IMG/VR virus record: IMGVR_UViG_3300021388_000002
Length of the DNA stretch: 21,501 nucleotides
Source: a virus
Taxonomy: Duplodnaviria; Heunggongvirae; Uroviricota; Caudoviricetes
Strand: one strand, 5' to 3'
Shown here: one piece after another, positions 1 through 7,223 of the stretch
How the letters are laid out: each line of letters starts with the position of its first letter
How positions within the stretch are numbered: the stretch's first letter is position 1
Position numbers and translations under genes: made by a program
Notes under the pieces: model-generated
Databases searched by the model: none
What the model was told of the DNA's origin: nothing
Seen by the model: only the letters and a program-made list of their open reading frames with translations

Positions 1-194
1 AGACCGAGTACCGGACCTGGTATGAGATCACCCCGGACGAGCTGCCCGCCCGGCTCGGCATCGGTGTCCCGGAGGGCGGCCAGGTGCACCTGGAGCACGT
101 CAGCGCCACCAGCAAGCGGGTGACAGCGATCGGCCCCGGCCATACGCTCGTGCTGCGCATCACCTGGACGGAGAAGGCCGATGGCGAAACATGA
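1..194 (+). CDS. Hypothetical protein, 5'-truncated by window edge
   Basis: Frame open from position 3 (TEYRTWYEITPDELPARLG...) to TGA 192-194, with GC3-rich codons; overlaps next start at 181. Confidence 0.6.
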   Translation, partial: TEYRTWYEITPDELPARLGIGVPEGGQVHLEHVSATSKRVTAIGPGHTLVLRITWTEKADGET

Positions 195-411
195 CGGGTT
201 CTGGACCGGGGTCCGGATGCTGGCCGTGCGCTGGCTGGAGCCGCAGCCCTACCCGGGTGAGGCCTGGTGCGTGAACTGCTGCCTGAACAGCTGCCATACC
301 GTGCTGCTGCCTCTCCACGGGCTCGATCTGCACGAGGATCTGCACCGCCGTACCGGCCCCGCCGGGCATACCCTCCGGTTCCGCTGCAACTACCCGCCTG
401 AGCTGAGCTGA
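181..411 (+). CDS. Hypothetical phage protein (76 aa, CxxC motif)
   Basis: ATG preceded by GGAGAAGG; GC3 bias; tightly packed with neighbours. Confidence 0.65.
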   Translation: MAKHDGFWTGVRMLAVRWLEPQPYPGEAWCVNCCLNSCHTVLLPLHGLDLHEDLHRRTGPAGHTLRFRCNYPPELS

Positions 412-412
412 G

Positions 413-670
413 GTGCGGGTCCGGGTCGATGACACCGGGGGCACCTGCACGCTGGTGCTCGGCCGCGGCGCGGGCTGGCCGCTGGGCGTATCCGGGCTGA
501 CCGAGCACGACCTGCGCGACCTGGAGTTCGAGCTGGCGCGCAGGCGCGCGATGGGCCGGGTGTGCCAGTCTGTGTATGGGGAGCACACCTGCAGCCTGGC
601 CCCGGAGCACGAGCATGGCGGGGGTGCGCATCTGTGCCGGGCATGCACCACGACCTGGAGGGCCCGATGA
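413..670 (+). CDS. Hypothetical Cys/His-rich (putative Zn-binding) protein
   Basis: C-terminal C..C..HxH..HxCxxC pattern; ATGA overlap with next gene. Confidence 0.6.
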   Translation: MRVRVDDTGGTCTLVLGRGAGWPLGVSGLTEHDLRDLEFELARRRAMGRVCQSVYGEHTCSLAPEHEHGGGAHLCRACTTTWRAR

Positions 671-1053
671 GAAGCTACGCCGAGCGCCGGAGGAGGCACC
701 AGATGCCGCGGTGGCCGCTGTTCTGGATGGTGGTGTGGGCAGTTTTCGCCGCCGTGTTCCAGTACGGCCTGCGCTGGGACGGCCTGCGCTCGCTGGGCGC
801 CTCGGCCGTCTGCATGGCCGCGCTGGGCGGCGTGACCCGGCTCGTGCAGGCCACCTGGCCGCCCGCCGTCCCGCCCGAGCTGGCCGAGGACTACCAGGCT
901 TACGTGAACCGCGGCTGGCGCCGGGCCCGGGTGCACCGCTGGTGGGAGTGCACCGCCGGGCGCGACGGCAAGCCGCACGTGCATCTGGTCAACCCGGCCC
1001 TGCGCGCACCGGGCGGCGGCAGAGCCCGCACAACTTTGCAGGTCGGGCACTAG
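667..1053 (+). CDS. Hypothetical membrane protein (128 aa)
   Basis: ATG 667 overlaps upstream TGA; two hydrophobic segments (WPLFWMVVWAVFAAVFQYG; LGASAVCMAALGGV). Confidence 0.65.
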   Translation: MRSYAERRRRHQMPRWPLFWMVVWAVFAAVFQYGLRWDGLRSLGASAVCMAALGGVTRLVQATWPPAVPPELAEDYQAYVNRGWRRARVHRWWECTAGRDGKPHVHLVNPALRAPGGGRARTTLQVGH

Positions 1054-1070
1054 CCGCAGATCTGGCGCGC

Positions 1071-1168
1071 TACCGTTAAAAAACAGCAGTAACCGCGGCC
1101 GGGAAGCCACCGGAGCCGGGAATCCAGCCCTGGATCGACACGCCACTGGGAGGGACCCGGCTCCGGTC
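1071..1168 (+). promoter_or_regulatory. Putative -10 (TACCGT) and leader RNA motif copy 1 with competing anti-initiation helix
   Basis: CCG-CGG-CCGG-loop-CCGG-AGC-CGG at 1093-1119; 1109-1120 is a perfect 12-bp complement of 1156-1167, which lies between RBS and ATG. Confidence 0.7.
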
Positions 1169-2932
1169 ATGTCTGCGCTCGGATTCGTCCCGGATCTGTG
1201 GCTGCCCGATGGCTCGGTCCTGCGCGGGAGCGAGCAGCAGGCCGCGGTCACCGGCAGCCAGGTCCCGCGGTTCTGGACCGCGCCGGTCCGGCACCGGGAC
1301 AAGGACAGCGAGTGCGCCGCCTGCCGCAACCCCGATTACGCCTGCGGCTGCGGCAACTACCAGGCCACCGAGCTGCTGGAGTGGTGCCCGGCTTTCGGCT
1401 ATGACCTGGACCCGTGGCAGGAGTGGTGGCTGACCGAGGCCACCGGGACCCGGCCGGACGGGCGCTGGGCCGCGTTCGAGTGCATGCTGATCGTCAGCCG
1501 CCAGAACGGGAAGAACCAGTGCCTTGAGGTCCGTGAGCTAGGCGGTCTGTTCGTGTTCGGCGAGCGCATGCTGATTCACACCGCGCACGAGTTCAAGGCC
1601 GCGGCTGAGCATTTCCGCCGGGTCCGGGACACCATCACCGCCTACGATGAGCTGCGCAAGCGGGTCAAGGCCATCGCGACGTCCCACGGCGATGAGGCCA
1701 TTGAGCTGAAGCCCGCCCCGACCCTGATCTTCGGCGCGGCCGGCAAGATGATCCGCCGCAGCGTCGGCGGGCGGCTGCGCTTCCTGGCCCGCTCCCGCGG
1801 CTCGGGCCGGTCGTTCACCGCCGACTGCGTGGTCTACGACGAGGCCATGATCCTGAGCGACGAGCAGGTGGGCGCCTCGATGCCCACCATGTCGGCCGTG
1901 CCGAACCCGCAGATGATCTACACCGCCAGCGCGGGCTACCGGGACAGCCTGCAGCTCGGCTCGGTCCGCCGCCGGGTGCTGCGCGGCGATGACACCCTGA
2001 TGGGGGCCGAGTGGTCCATTAACGCGCACACTGACACCTGCCCGCGGGACGAGGTGGCGGGGCGGCGCAGCAACCGGTACATCGTCTGCGGGCTGCACGA
2101 CGACCGGGATGACCTGCACAGCTGGGCCCGGGCCAACCCCGCCTTCGGCACCCGGATCGCGCCGGCGCACATCGCCAAGGAACTGGCCTCCATGTCCGGC
2201 ACGACGTTCGACCGGGAGCGCCTGGGCGTCGGGGACTGGCCGAATGAGGACGAGGCCTGGGCGGTGGTCAGCGAGGAGCAGTGGCAGGCCTGTGCCCTGC
2301 CCGACCCGGGCGGCGCGACCCGGCCGGTGACCTTCGCGGTGGACGTGGACCCGGACATGCTCTCCGCGACGATCGCCGCGGCCTGGTACCGGCCCGAGCC
2401 GGGCGAGCCCCGTGCGCAGGCCCGGCCGGTGGTGGAGATCCCGCAGGGCTGCCACCGCGAGGGCACGTCCTGGGTCATCCCCCGGCTGGCCGAGCTGCGC
2501 CGGGCCTGGCGCCCGCACGCGATCGTCATCCCGAAGAACGGCCCGGCTGCCTCGCTGGTGGATGAGGCCGAGCGGATGGGGATCGAGGTCACCCGGGCGG
2601 TCAGCGGCGATGAGGCTGCCGCCTTCGGGCTCATGGTCCGCTCGATCCGGGCCGAGGTGGTGGACGGCAAGCCGAGCCCGCGGCTCATCCACCTCGGCCG
2701 CGCGAACGCGCCAGGCCTGTGGACCTCGATTGCCAGCGCGGAGACCCGCGACGTCGGGGACGGCGGCCGGGCCTGGTCCCGCCGGGACAGCGAGGCGGAC
2801 ATCACCCCGGTGACCGCCGCCACACTGGCCCTGTGGGCGCTGAACAAGACGCGGCGCGCGTATGACCCGGCCCGCTCGATCGCGCCGCCCAGCCGGGTCC
2901 AGGGCGCGCCTGACTGGATGGCGGGGGCGTGA
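1169..2932 (+). CDS. terL: Terminase large subunit
   Basis: LDPWQ, Walker A VSRQNGKN, HTAHEF, Walker B VVYDEA, YTAS coupling motif, WARANP, RERLG, nuclease FAVDVD and C-terminal DITPVTAATLA; upstream of portal. Confidence 0.95.
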   Translation: MSALGFVPDLWLPDGSVLRGSEQQAAVTGSQVPRFWTAPVRHRDKDSECAACRNPDYACGCGNYQATELLEWCPAFGYDLDPWQEWWLTEATGTRPDGRWAAFECMLIVSRQNGKNQCLEVRELGGLFVFGERMLIHTAHEFKAAAEHFRRVRDTITAYDELRKRVKAIATSHGDEAIELKPAPTLIFGAAGKMIRRSVGGRLRFLARSRGSGRSFTADCVVYDEAMILSDEQVGASMPTMSAVPNPQMIYTASAGYRDSLQLGSVRRRVLRGDDTLMGAEWSINAHTDTCPRDEVAGRRSNRYIVCGLHDDRDDLHSWARANPAFGTRIAPAHIAKELASMSGTTFDRERLGVGDWPNEDEAWAVVSEEQWQACALPDPGGATRPVTFAVDVDPDMLSATIAAAWYRPEPGEPRAQARPVVEIPQGCHREGTSWVIPRLAELRRAWRPHAIVIPKNGPAASLVDEAERMGIEVTRAVSGDEAAAFGLMVRSIRAEVVDGKPSPRLIHLGRANAPGLWTSIASAETRDVGDGGRAWSRRDSEADITPVTAATLALWALNKTRRAYDPARSIAPPSRVQGAPDWMAGA

Positions 2933-3004
2933 ACGGCGTGCCCCGGGTGCGCAAACTGTATGGCGTCTTCGCATTCTGGCTGTTTTAAGCACGCATGCGG
3001 GGGA

Positions 3005-3195
3005 TATGCTCTGGGAACGCGCGGTGAGTGGGGTGAGCTGTCTTCCCGGGCCGTGCAGGGACGCACTCTGGCTCACCAGGGCGGGTGGTGCAGCAGGCAG
3101 TGGCCGCACCGAACGGCAGCGGTGCCGGGGTGCGTCCCGCGGGAACTGCGCCGGATCGCGACCCCACCCCCAACGCGATCCGGCGCACTTCTTTT
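3005..3195 (+). ncRNA. Candidate structured ncRNA (~180 nt) with own -10 and terminator
   Basis: TATGCT 3005-3010; 15-bp helix 3058-3072/3124-3138 with two G-U pairs enclosing two hairpins; 6-bp helix 3043-3048/3140-3145; terminal terminator. Confidence 0.5.
3147..3195 (+). terminator. Intrinsic terminator
   Basis: Perfect 14-bp inverted repeat TGCGCCGGATCGCG/CGCGATCCGGCGCA, 13-nt C-rich loop, then CTTCTTTT. Confidence 0.8.
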
Positions 3196-3217
3196 CCCCG
3201 GGGCTTATTCTCAGATC

Positions 3218-3366
3218 ATGCGCCGCCGGGAAGATCTCTGTGCCAGGCTGTTGGCCGGGCGCGAGGCCGCCGTCTGGCCGTGCAGGGCCAGCTCAGCGCC
3301 TTCGTGCGGGACGAGGTCCGCCGCGAGACCGAGCGCATGGAAGCAGACTTCACGAAGGAGAGCTGA
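3218..3366 (+). pseudogene. Small frameshifted ORF (about 49 aa if one C is restored near 3274)
   Basis: ATG 6 nt after TATTCT (leaderless-like); GC3 bias switches frame at GTC/CTG 3272-3276; ends in TGATG overlap with next gene. Confidence 0.35.
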
Positions 3367-3641
3367 TGACGACCCTGGCTGACGCCATCCCGGTGGACCG
3401 CCTGCAGGGCCAGGCCACGCAGGCCCGGCCCGGCCGCGTCATCGCCACCGTCATCACGGCGGTCTTCGTCGGCGTGGGCTGGGTGCCCGGCGCCCTGTGG
3501 CGCTCGCTGGCGTTCATCGCCGTCAGCGTCCGGTACGGCTGGCTGCGCGGCCGGGGGCTGACCGATGAGGACATTGCCGCCCGCGCCGCTGCCCGCGCTG
3601 CCCCGGCGCCAGCACCGCCGCCACCCGGCCCGCGCGCCTGA
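3366..3641 (+). CDS. Hypothetical membrane protein (91 aa)
   Basis: AAGGAG RBS; hydrophobic VIATVITAVFVGVGWVPGALWRSLAFIAVSV; Pro-rich tail. Confidence 0.75.
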   Translation: MTTLADAIPVDRLQGQATQARPGRVIATVITAVFVGVGWVPGALWRSLAFIAVSVRYGWLRGRGLTDEDIAARAAARAAPAPAPPPPGPRA

Positions 3642-3669
3642 GCATCCTCCCGGGCCTGGAGGGGGGATC

Positions 3670-4383
3670 GTGAGCGCTGCCGCAACCCTGGCCGTGCATC
3701 ACCCGCACGTCACTGCTGTCCACGCCGTGCTGCTGCTGCACCCCGCTACCGTGAAGCTCATCCGCACGGTGCTGGCCGCGGTGGCCGGGCGCAAGCCGAA
3801 GGTCTCGGTGGTCACCCCGACCTGGCGGCGCGCCCGGCTGCTGCTGAACCGGTGCATCCCGAGTGTGCAGGCCCAGACCTACCGCGGCGAGATCGAGCAC
3901 ATCATCGTCAGCGACGGGCCAGATCCCGCGCTCGATCACATACCAGGCGTGCACCAGCTGGCCGAGCACCGGCTGTGCGTCAACCGCGGCGTGTGGGCCC
4001 GGCTGGCGGGCACCGAGCTGGCCACCGGGGAGATCTTCGCCTACCTGGATGATGATAACGCCTGGCGCCCGCGGCACCTGGAGGTGCTGGTGGACGCGAT
4101 CACCGCCAGCGGGGTCAGCTTCGCTTACAGCCAGGCCCTGTGCCAGTCCGACACCGGCCTGCGCTGGGTGATCGGCTGCAACCGGCCGGTGTTCGCCCAG
4201 ATCGACACGTCCCTCATCGTGCACAACGCCGGGCTGCTGGAGACCGCCACCTGGGAGCCGTCCGGGCGCCCGGCGGACTGGCACCTGGTGGACCGCTGGC
4301 TGGCCGCCGGGGCGACCTGGGCGCACGTCCCGGAGATCACCCTGGACTATTACGCGCGCCGGGCAGCCGCTACCGTGACATGA
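3670..4383 (+). CDS. Glycosyltransferase family 2 (GT-A fold)
   Basis: GGAGG RBS; VSVVTPTW, SVQAQTY, IIVSDG, GEIFAYLDDDN (DxD), ADW motif. Confidence 0.9.
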   Translation: MSAAATLAVHHPHVTAVHAVLLLHPATVKLIRTVLAAVAGRKPKVSVVTPTWRRARLLLNRCIPSVQAQTYRGEIEHIIVSDGPDPALDHIPGVHQLAEHRLCVNRGVWARLAGTELATGEIFAYLDDDNAWRPRHLEVLVDAITASGVSFAYSQALCQSDTGLRWVIGCNRPVFAQIDTSLIVHNAGLLETATWEPSGRPADWHLVDRWLAAGATWAHVPEITLDYYARRAAATVT

Positions 4384-4410
4384 GACCCCACTGCCCGAGG
4401 AGCCACTGCC

Positions 4411-4617
4411 ATGCCCCTGACCAAACGACCTGCCCCGGACGGCACGTTCGAGCTGCTGCGCGGCGGCAAGGTGATCGCCCGCGGCCTGTCCGAGCTGGAT
4501 GCCGACGTCCAGATCGCGGGTGACCGGGGCGAGACCGGCCCGCCGCAGGACAGCAAGCCCGGCACCGCCGATGACCCGGCCGGGGCCGCTGCGGGCGGCC
4601 GGAAGGACAGCAAGTAG
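4411..4617 (+). CDS. Hypothetical protein (68 aa)
   Basis: GAGGAG RBS; GC3 bias. Confidence 0.65.
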   Translation: MPLTKRPAPDGTFELLRGGKVIARGLSELDADVQIAGDRGETGPPQDSKPGTADDPAGAAAGGRKDSK

Positions 4618-4619
4618 CC

Positions 4620-4931
4620 GTGCCCGGCGAGGACAAGCCCGTACGCAAGTACGAGGTGCAGGATGACCCTGCCCATAAAGGCCGGTTCCGGGTGGTGGAC
4701 ACCACGCAGCACGGCCCGGACGGCGGCCCGGACGTCAAGGGCGCCAACATGGACAAGACCACGGCGACGAAGCAGTGGCGCCTGCTGGAGGCGGTGGAGC
4801 ATGACCCGGGTTTCCGGCCCGCCCCGGGTGTGCCCAGCACCCTGAAGCACACCCCCGGGCCTGGCAAGCTGCCGGGCAGCGGGTACAGCAAGACGCCGCC
4901 CGGCGGGGGCCGCCACTACGGGAACAGCTGA
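4620..4931 (+). CDS. Hypothetical protein (103 aa)
   Basis: GC3 bias; TGATG overlap with next ORF. Confidence 0.65.
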   Translation: MPGEDKPVRKYEVQDDPAHKGRFRVVDTTQHGPDGGPDVKGANMDKTTATKQWRLLEAVEHDPGFRPAPGVPSTLKHTPGPGKLPGSGYSKTPPGGGRHYGNS

Positions 4932-5068
4932 TGCCGCGCGACCCGGTGCCCTGCAGATGCGGGCACACCGCTTTCGCGCACGAGCACTACCGGCCGGGCT
5001 CAGAATGCTCGATTGCCGGCTGTGAGTGCCGCCGGTTCCGGCGCAAGTGGTGGCGCTGGCTGGCGTGA
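4931..5068 (+). CDS. Small Zn-finger-like protein (45 aa; not in ORF track)
   Basis: MPRDPVPCRCGHTAFAHEHYRPGSECSIAGCECRRFRRKWWRWLA; CxCxH..HxH..C..CxC; coupled start. Confidence 0.65.
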   Translation: MPRDPVPCRCGHTAFAHEHYRPGSECSIAGCECRRFRRKWWRWLA

Positions 5069-5138
5069 GTTCCCGGGAAACCGGGCGATTCCCGCGTCAG
5101 CCGGGAAGATCTGATCGCTAAACCGGCCTGACGTGGCG

Positions 5139-5210
5139 TAACCTGATCACAGCAACACCCGTGGCCGGAACGGAGCCGGGTACCACCCCGTTCCGAGGAG
5201 TTCCGGCCCC
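5139..5210 (+). promoter_or_regulatory. Putative -10 (TAACCT) and leader RNA motif copy 2
   Basis: ACCCG-UGG-CCG-GAA-CGG-AGC-CGGGU 5157-5181; alternative pairings 5166-5173/5188-5195 and 5163-5170/5201-5208 flank RBS GAGGAG 5195-5200. Confidence 0.7.
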
Positions 5211-5336
5211 GTGGGGCTGATCGAGCGTATCCGCCACAGCACCGGCCTAGCCCGCCGTGCTGGCAGTGCGCTCTTTTTCGTGCCGCCTGCTCTCCTGCGT
5301 AGCCGGGGGGAGGTGGTTGGCCATGGGTCTCATTGA
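5211..5336 (+). CDS. Putative leader peptide (41 aa) starting with the same MGLIERI as the portal
   Basis: GTG after GAGGAG; open to TGA 5334-5336, overlapping portal ATG 5323. Confidence 0.5.
   Translation: MGLIERIRHSTGLARRAGSALFFVPPALLRSRGEVVGHGSH
5223..5278 (+). terminator. Attenuator-like hairpin plus U-tract within the leader ORF
   Basis: GAGCGUAU/GUGCGCUC, GCCA/UGGC and GCA-CGGC/GCCG-UGC helices followed by TTTTT 5274-5278. Confidence 0.6.
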
Positions 5337-6988
5337 GCGTATTCAGGCAAGTCGTGCTGAGTCTCGCGTTATTGGTGGGGTGCCCTGGCGATTAACGCCC
5401 GTGGGACTCGCCGTTTTTCCGCTTCTCGCAAGGCGGGCCGGTTCACCCGGTGCGGTCGTTCTACGGCAAGGACGAGGCGCTGGGCCTGCCCGCGCTGTAC
5501 GCCGGCTGCCGCTTGCTGGCCGACTCGGTGGCCTCGCTGCCGCTGAAGGTCTACACCCGGGCCACCCGGGACGGGCACGCCATCCGGTACGGCGGCCCGA
5601 CCATTTTCGACGCGCCCTCGGTGACTGGCACGCTGTTCGACTGGCTGTTCACCGCCATGACGAGCCTGGTGCTGCAGGGTAACGCCTGGGGCTTCATCAC
5701 CGGCCGCGACGGCTTCGGCTTCCCGAACGGGATCGAGTGGATTCCGCCCGAGGACGTCATCGTGGCCGACGATGAGCAGCAGCCGTGGAACCCGCTGCGG
5801 AGCCGGATCTACGTCTACGGCCGGCTGATGGACCGCTCGGAGCTGTTCCACATCAAGGCGTTCAGCCTGGCCGGCCGGACCGAGGGGATCAGCCCGCTGC
5901 GCGCGTTCGCGCTGACGATCCTGGCGGGTACCGAGGCGCAGCGCTACGGCACCGACTGGTACAAGGCGGGCGGGTTCCCGCCGGGGACCTTCCAGAACAA
6001 CGAGATCGAGATCGACGCCGATCAGGCCGAGCAGATCCGCGCGACGCTGTCGGCGACGATCCGCAGGCGTGAGCCCCTGGTCTACGGCCGGGACTGGGAT
6101 TACAAGCCGGTCACGGTGCCGCCGAACGAGGCGCAGTTCATCCAGGCCATGCAGATGAACGCCACCCAGATCGCCGCCGTGCTCGGGCTGCCGCCGGACC
6201 GCCTGGGCGGCACCCGCGGGGACAGCCTGACGTACTCGACGGTGGAGCAGTCCACGCTGCAGATCATCGAGGCGCTGCGCCCGTACGTGGTGCGGCTGGA
6301 GCACGCCTTTTTCCAGCTCATCCCGGCCAACCGCTACGTCCGGTTCAACACCGACGCGCTGCTCAAGACCGACCTGAAGACGCGCACCGACATCTACCAG
6401 ATCCAGCGCAACATCGGCCTGCGCACCACTGATGAGCTGCGCGACCTGGAAGACCTGGAGCCGCTGCCCGGCGCGTCCGGCGGGGAGAACATCCCGCTGG
6501 AGGTCATGGTGGCGATGTCGCGCTCGATCCGCGGTATCCCGAACTCGATGCTGTCCGCCATCACGCTGGAGATGGACCTGGCCACCGACCGGCTGCAGCA
6601 GCTGGAGAAGGAGGGCCTGGCCGCCGACTCGGGCCAGCCGATCCCCGGCCCGGAGCAGATGCTGGGCCAGGTCATCGAATCCCAGCGCGGCACGGCACCG
6701 GACCTGCGCGACGTCCGTGATATAGCTGGTGCCTTCCGGCAGCTCGGCATTGATCTTCCAGGTGAGATCATCAGCTCTCTTGCCAGGGAATATGGCCGCT
6801 TCGCGCCCGGTAAGTCCGGGTCCCGCGGGCGGTGGGGGAAAGAGCCCGAGTTCGTGGGCGCCTGGATTCCGTCCCGGCACGAGCTGGTGCTGGACGGGGC
6901 GAACTCGGCTAACGGGAACGGCCACGGCAGCCCTGATGGTGGCGGCGGGCATGGCCTGAACGGAGTCAATGGGTGGTCGCATGAGTGA
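5323..6988 (+). CDS. Phage portal protein (HK97 family), frame-interrupted at 5389-5398; about 552 aa if 7 nt are bypassed
   Basis: ALYAGCRLLADSVASLPL, LVLQGNAW, ELFHIK, GISPL, AQFIQ, IAAVLGLPP, YSTVEQ, TTDELRDLEDLEP; strong RBS GGAGGTGG before ATG 5323, whose frame differs from the main 5396-6988 frame. Confidence 0.93.
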
Positions 6989-7196
6989 GATCGCACGGGA
7001 TCGGCTGGCCTGGTGGGACTACGCCCAGCGCTCCAGGTTCGAGGAGCGCCGCGCCAGTGGCGTCTATGCGCACAACCAGCCGGGTGAGCAGCAGGAAGAT
7101 GCGTCCCTGCGGGATCTGCACGGGGCCCTGCTGAGTGTCATGGAACCAGAGCCGGTTGATGACGAGCCGGACCAGATCAGGACAAGAAGGCATTGA
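6981..7196 (+). CDS. Hypothetical protein (71 aa)
   Basis: ATG overlaps portal end; fills gap to protease. Confidence 0.55.
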   Translation: MSEIARDRLAWWDYAQRSRFEERRASGVYAHNQPGEQQEDASLRDLHGALLSVMEPEPVDDEPDQIRTRRH

Positions 7197-7223
7197 TATG
7201 CCGCGTGAGAGGGGTGTTGCGTA

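Noticed and set aside
5389-5398. Intron or transposon footprint (TTAA, or a CG duplication) as the cause of the portal break
   Set aside because: Too short for a self-splicing intron and no IS ends or transposase in the window. A footprint cannot be excluded but would inactivate an otherwise intact head module.
5450-6988. GTG 5450 as the true portal start
   Set aside because: No RBS precedes it, the frame is open and coding-like back to 5396, and ATG 5323 has a strong RBS. Not fully excluded.
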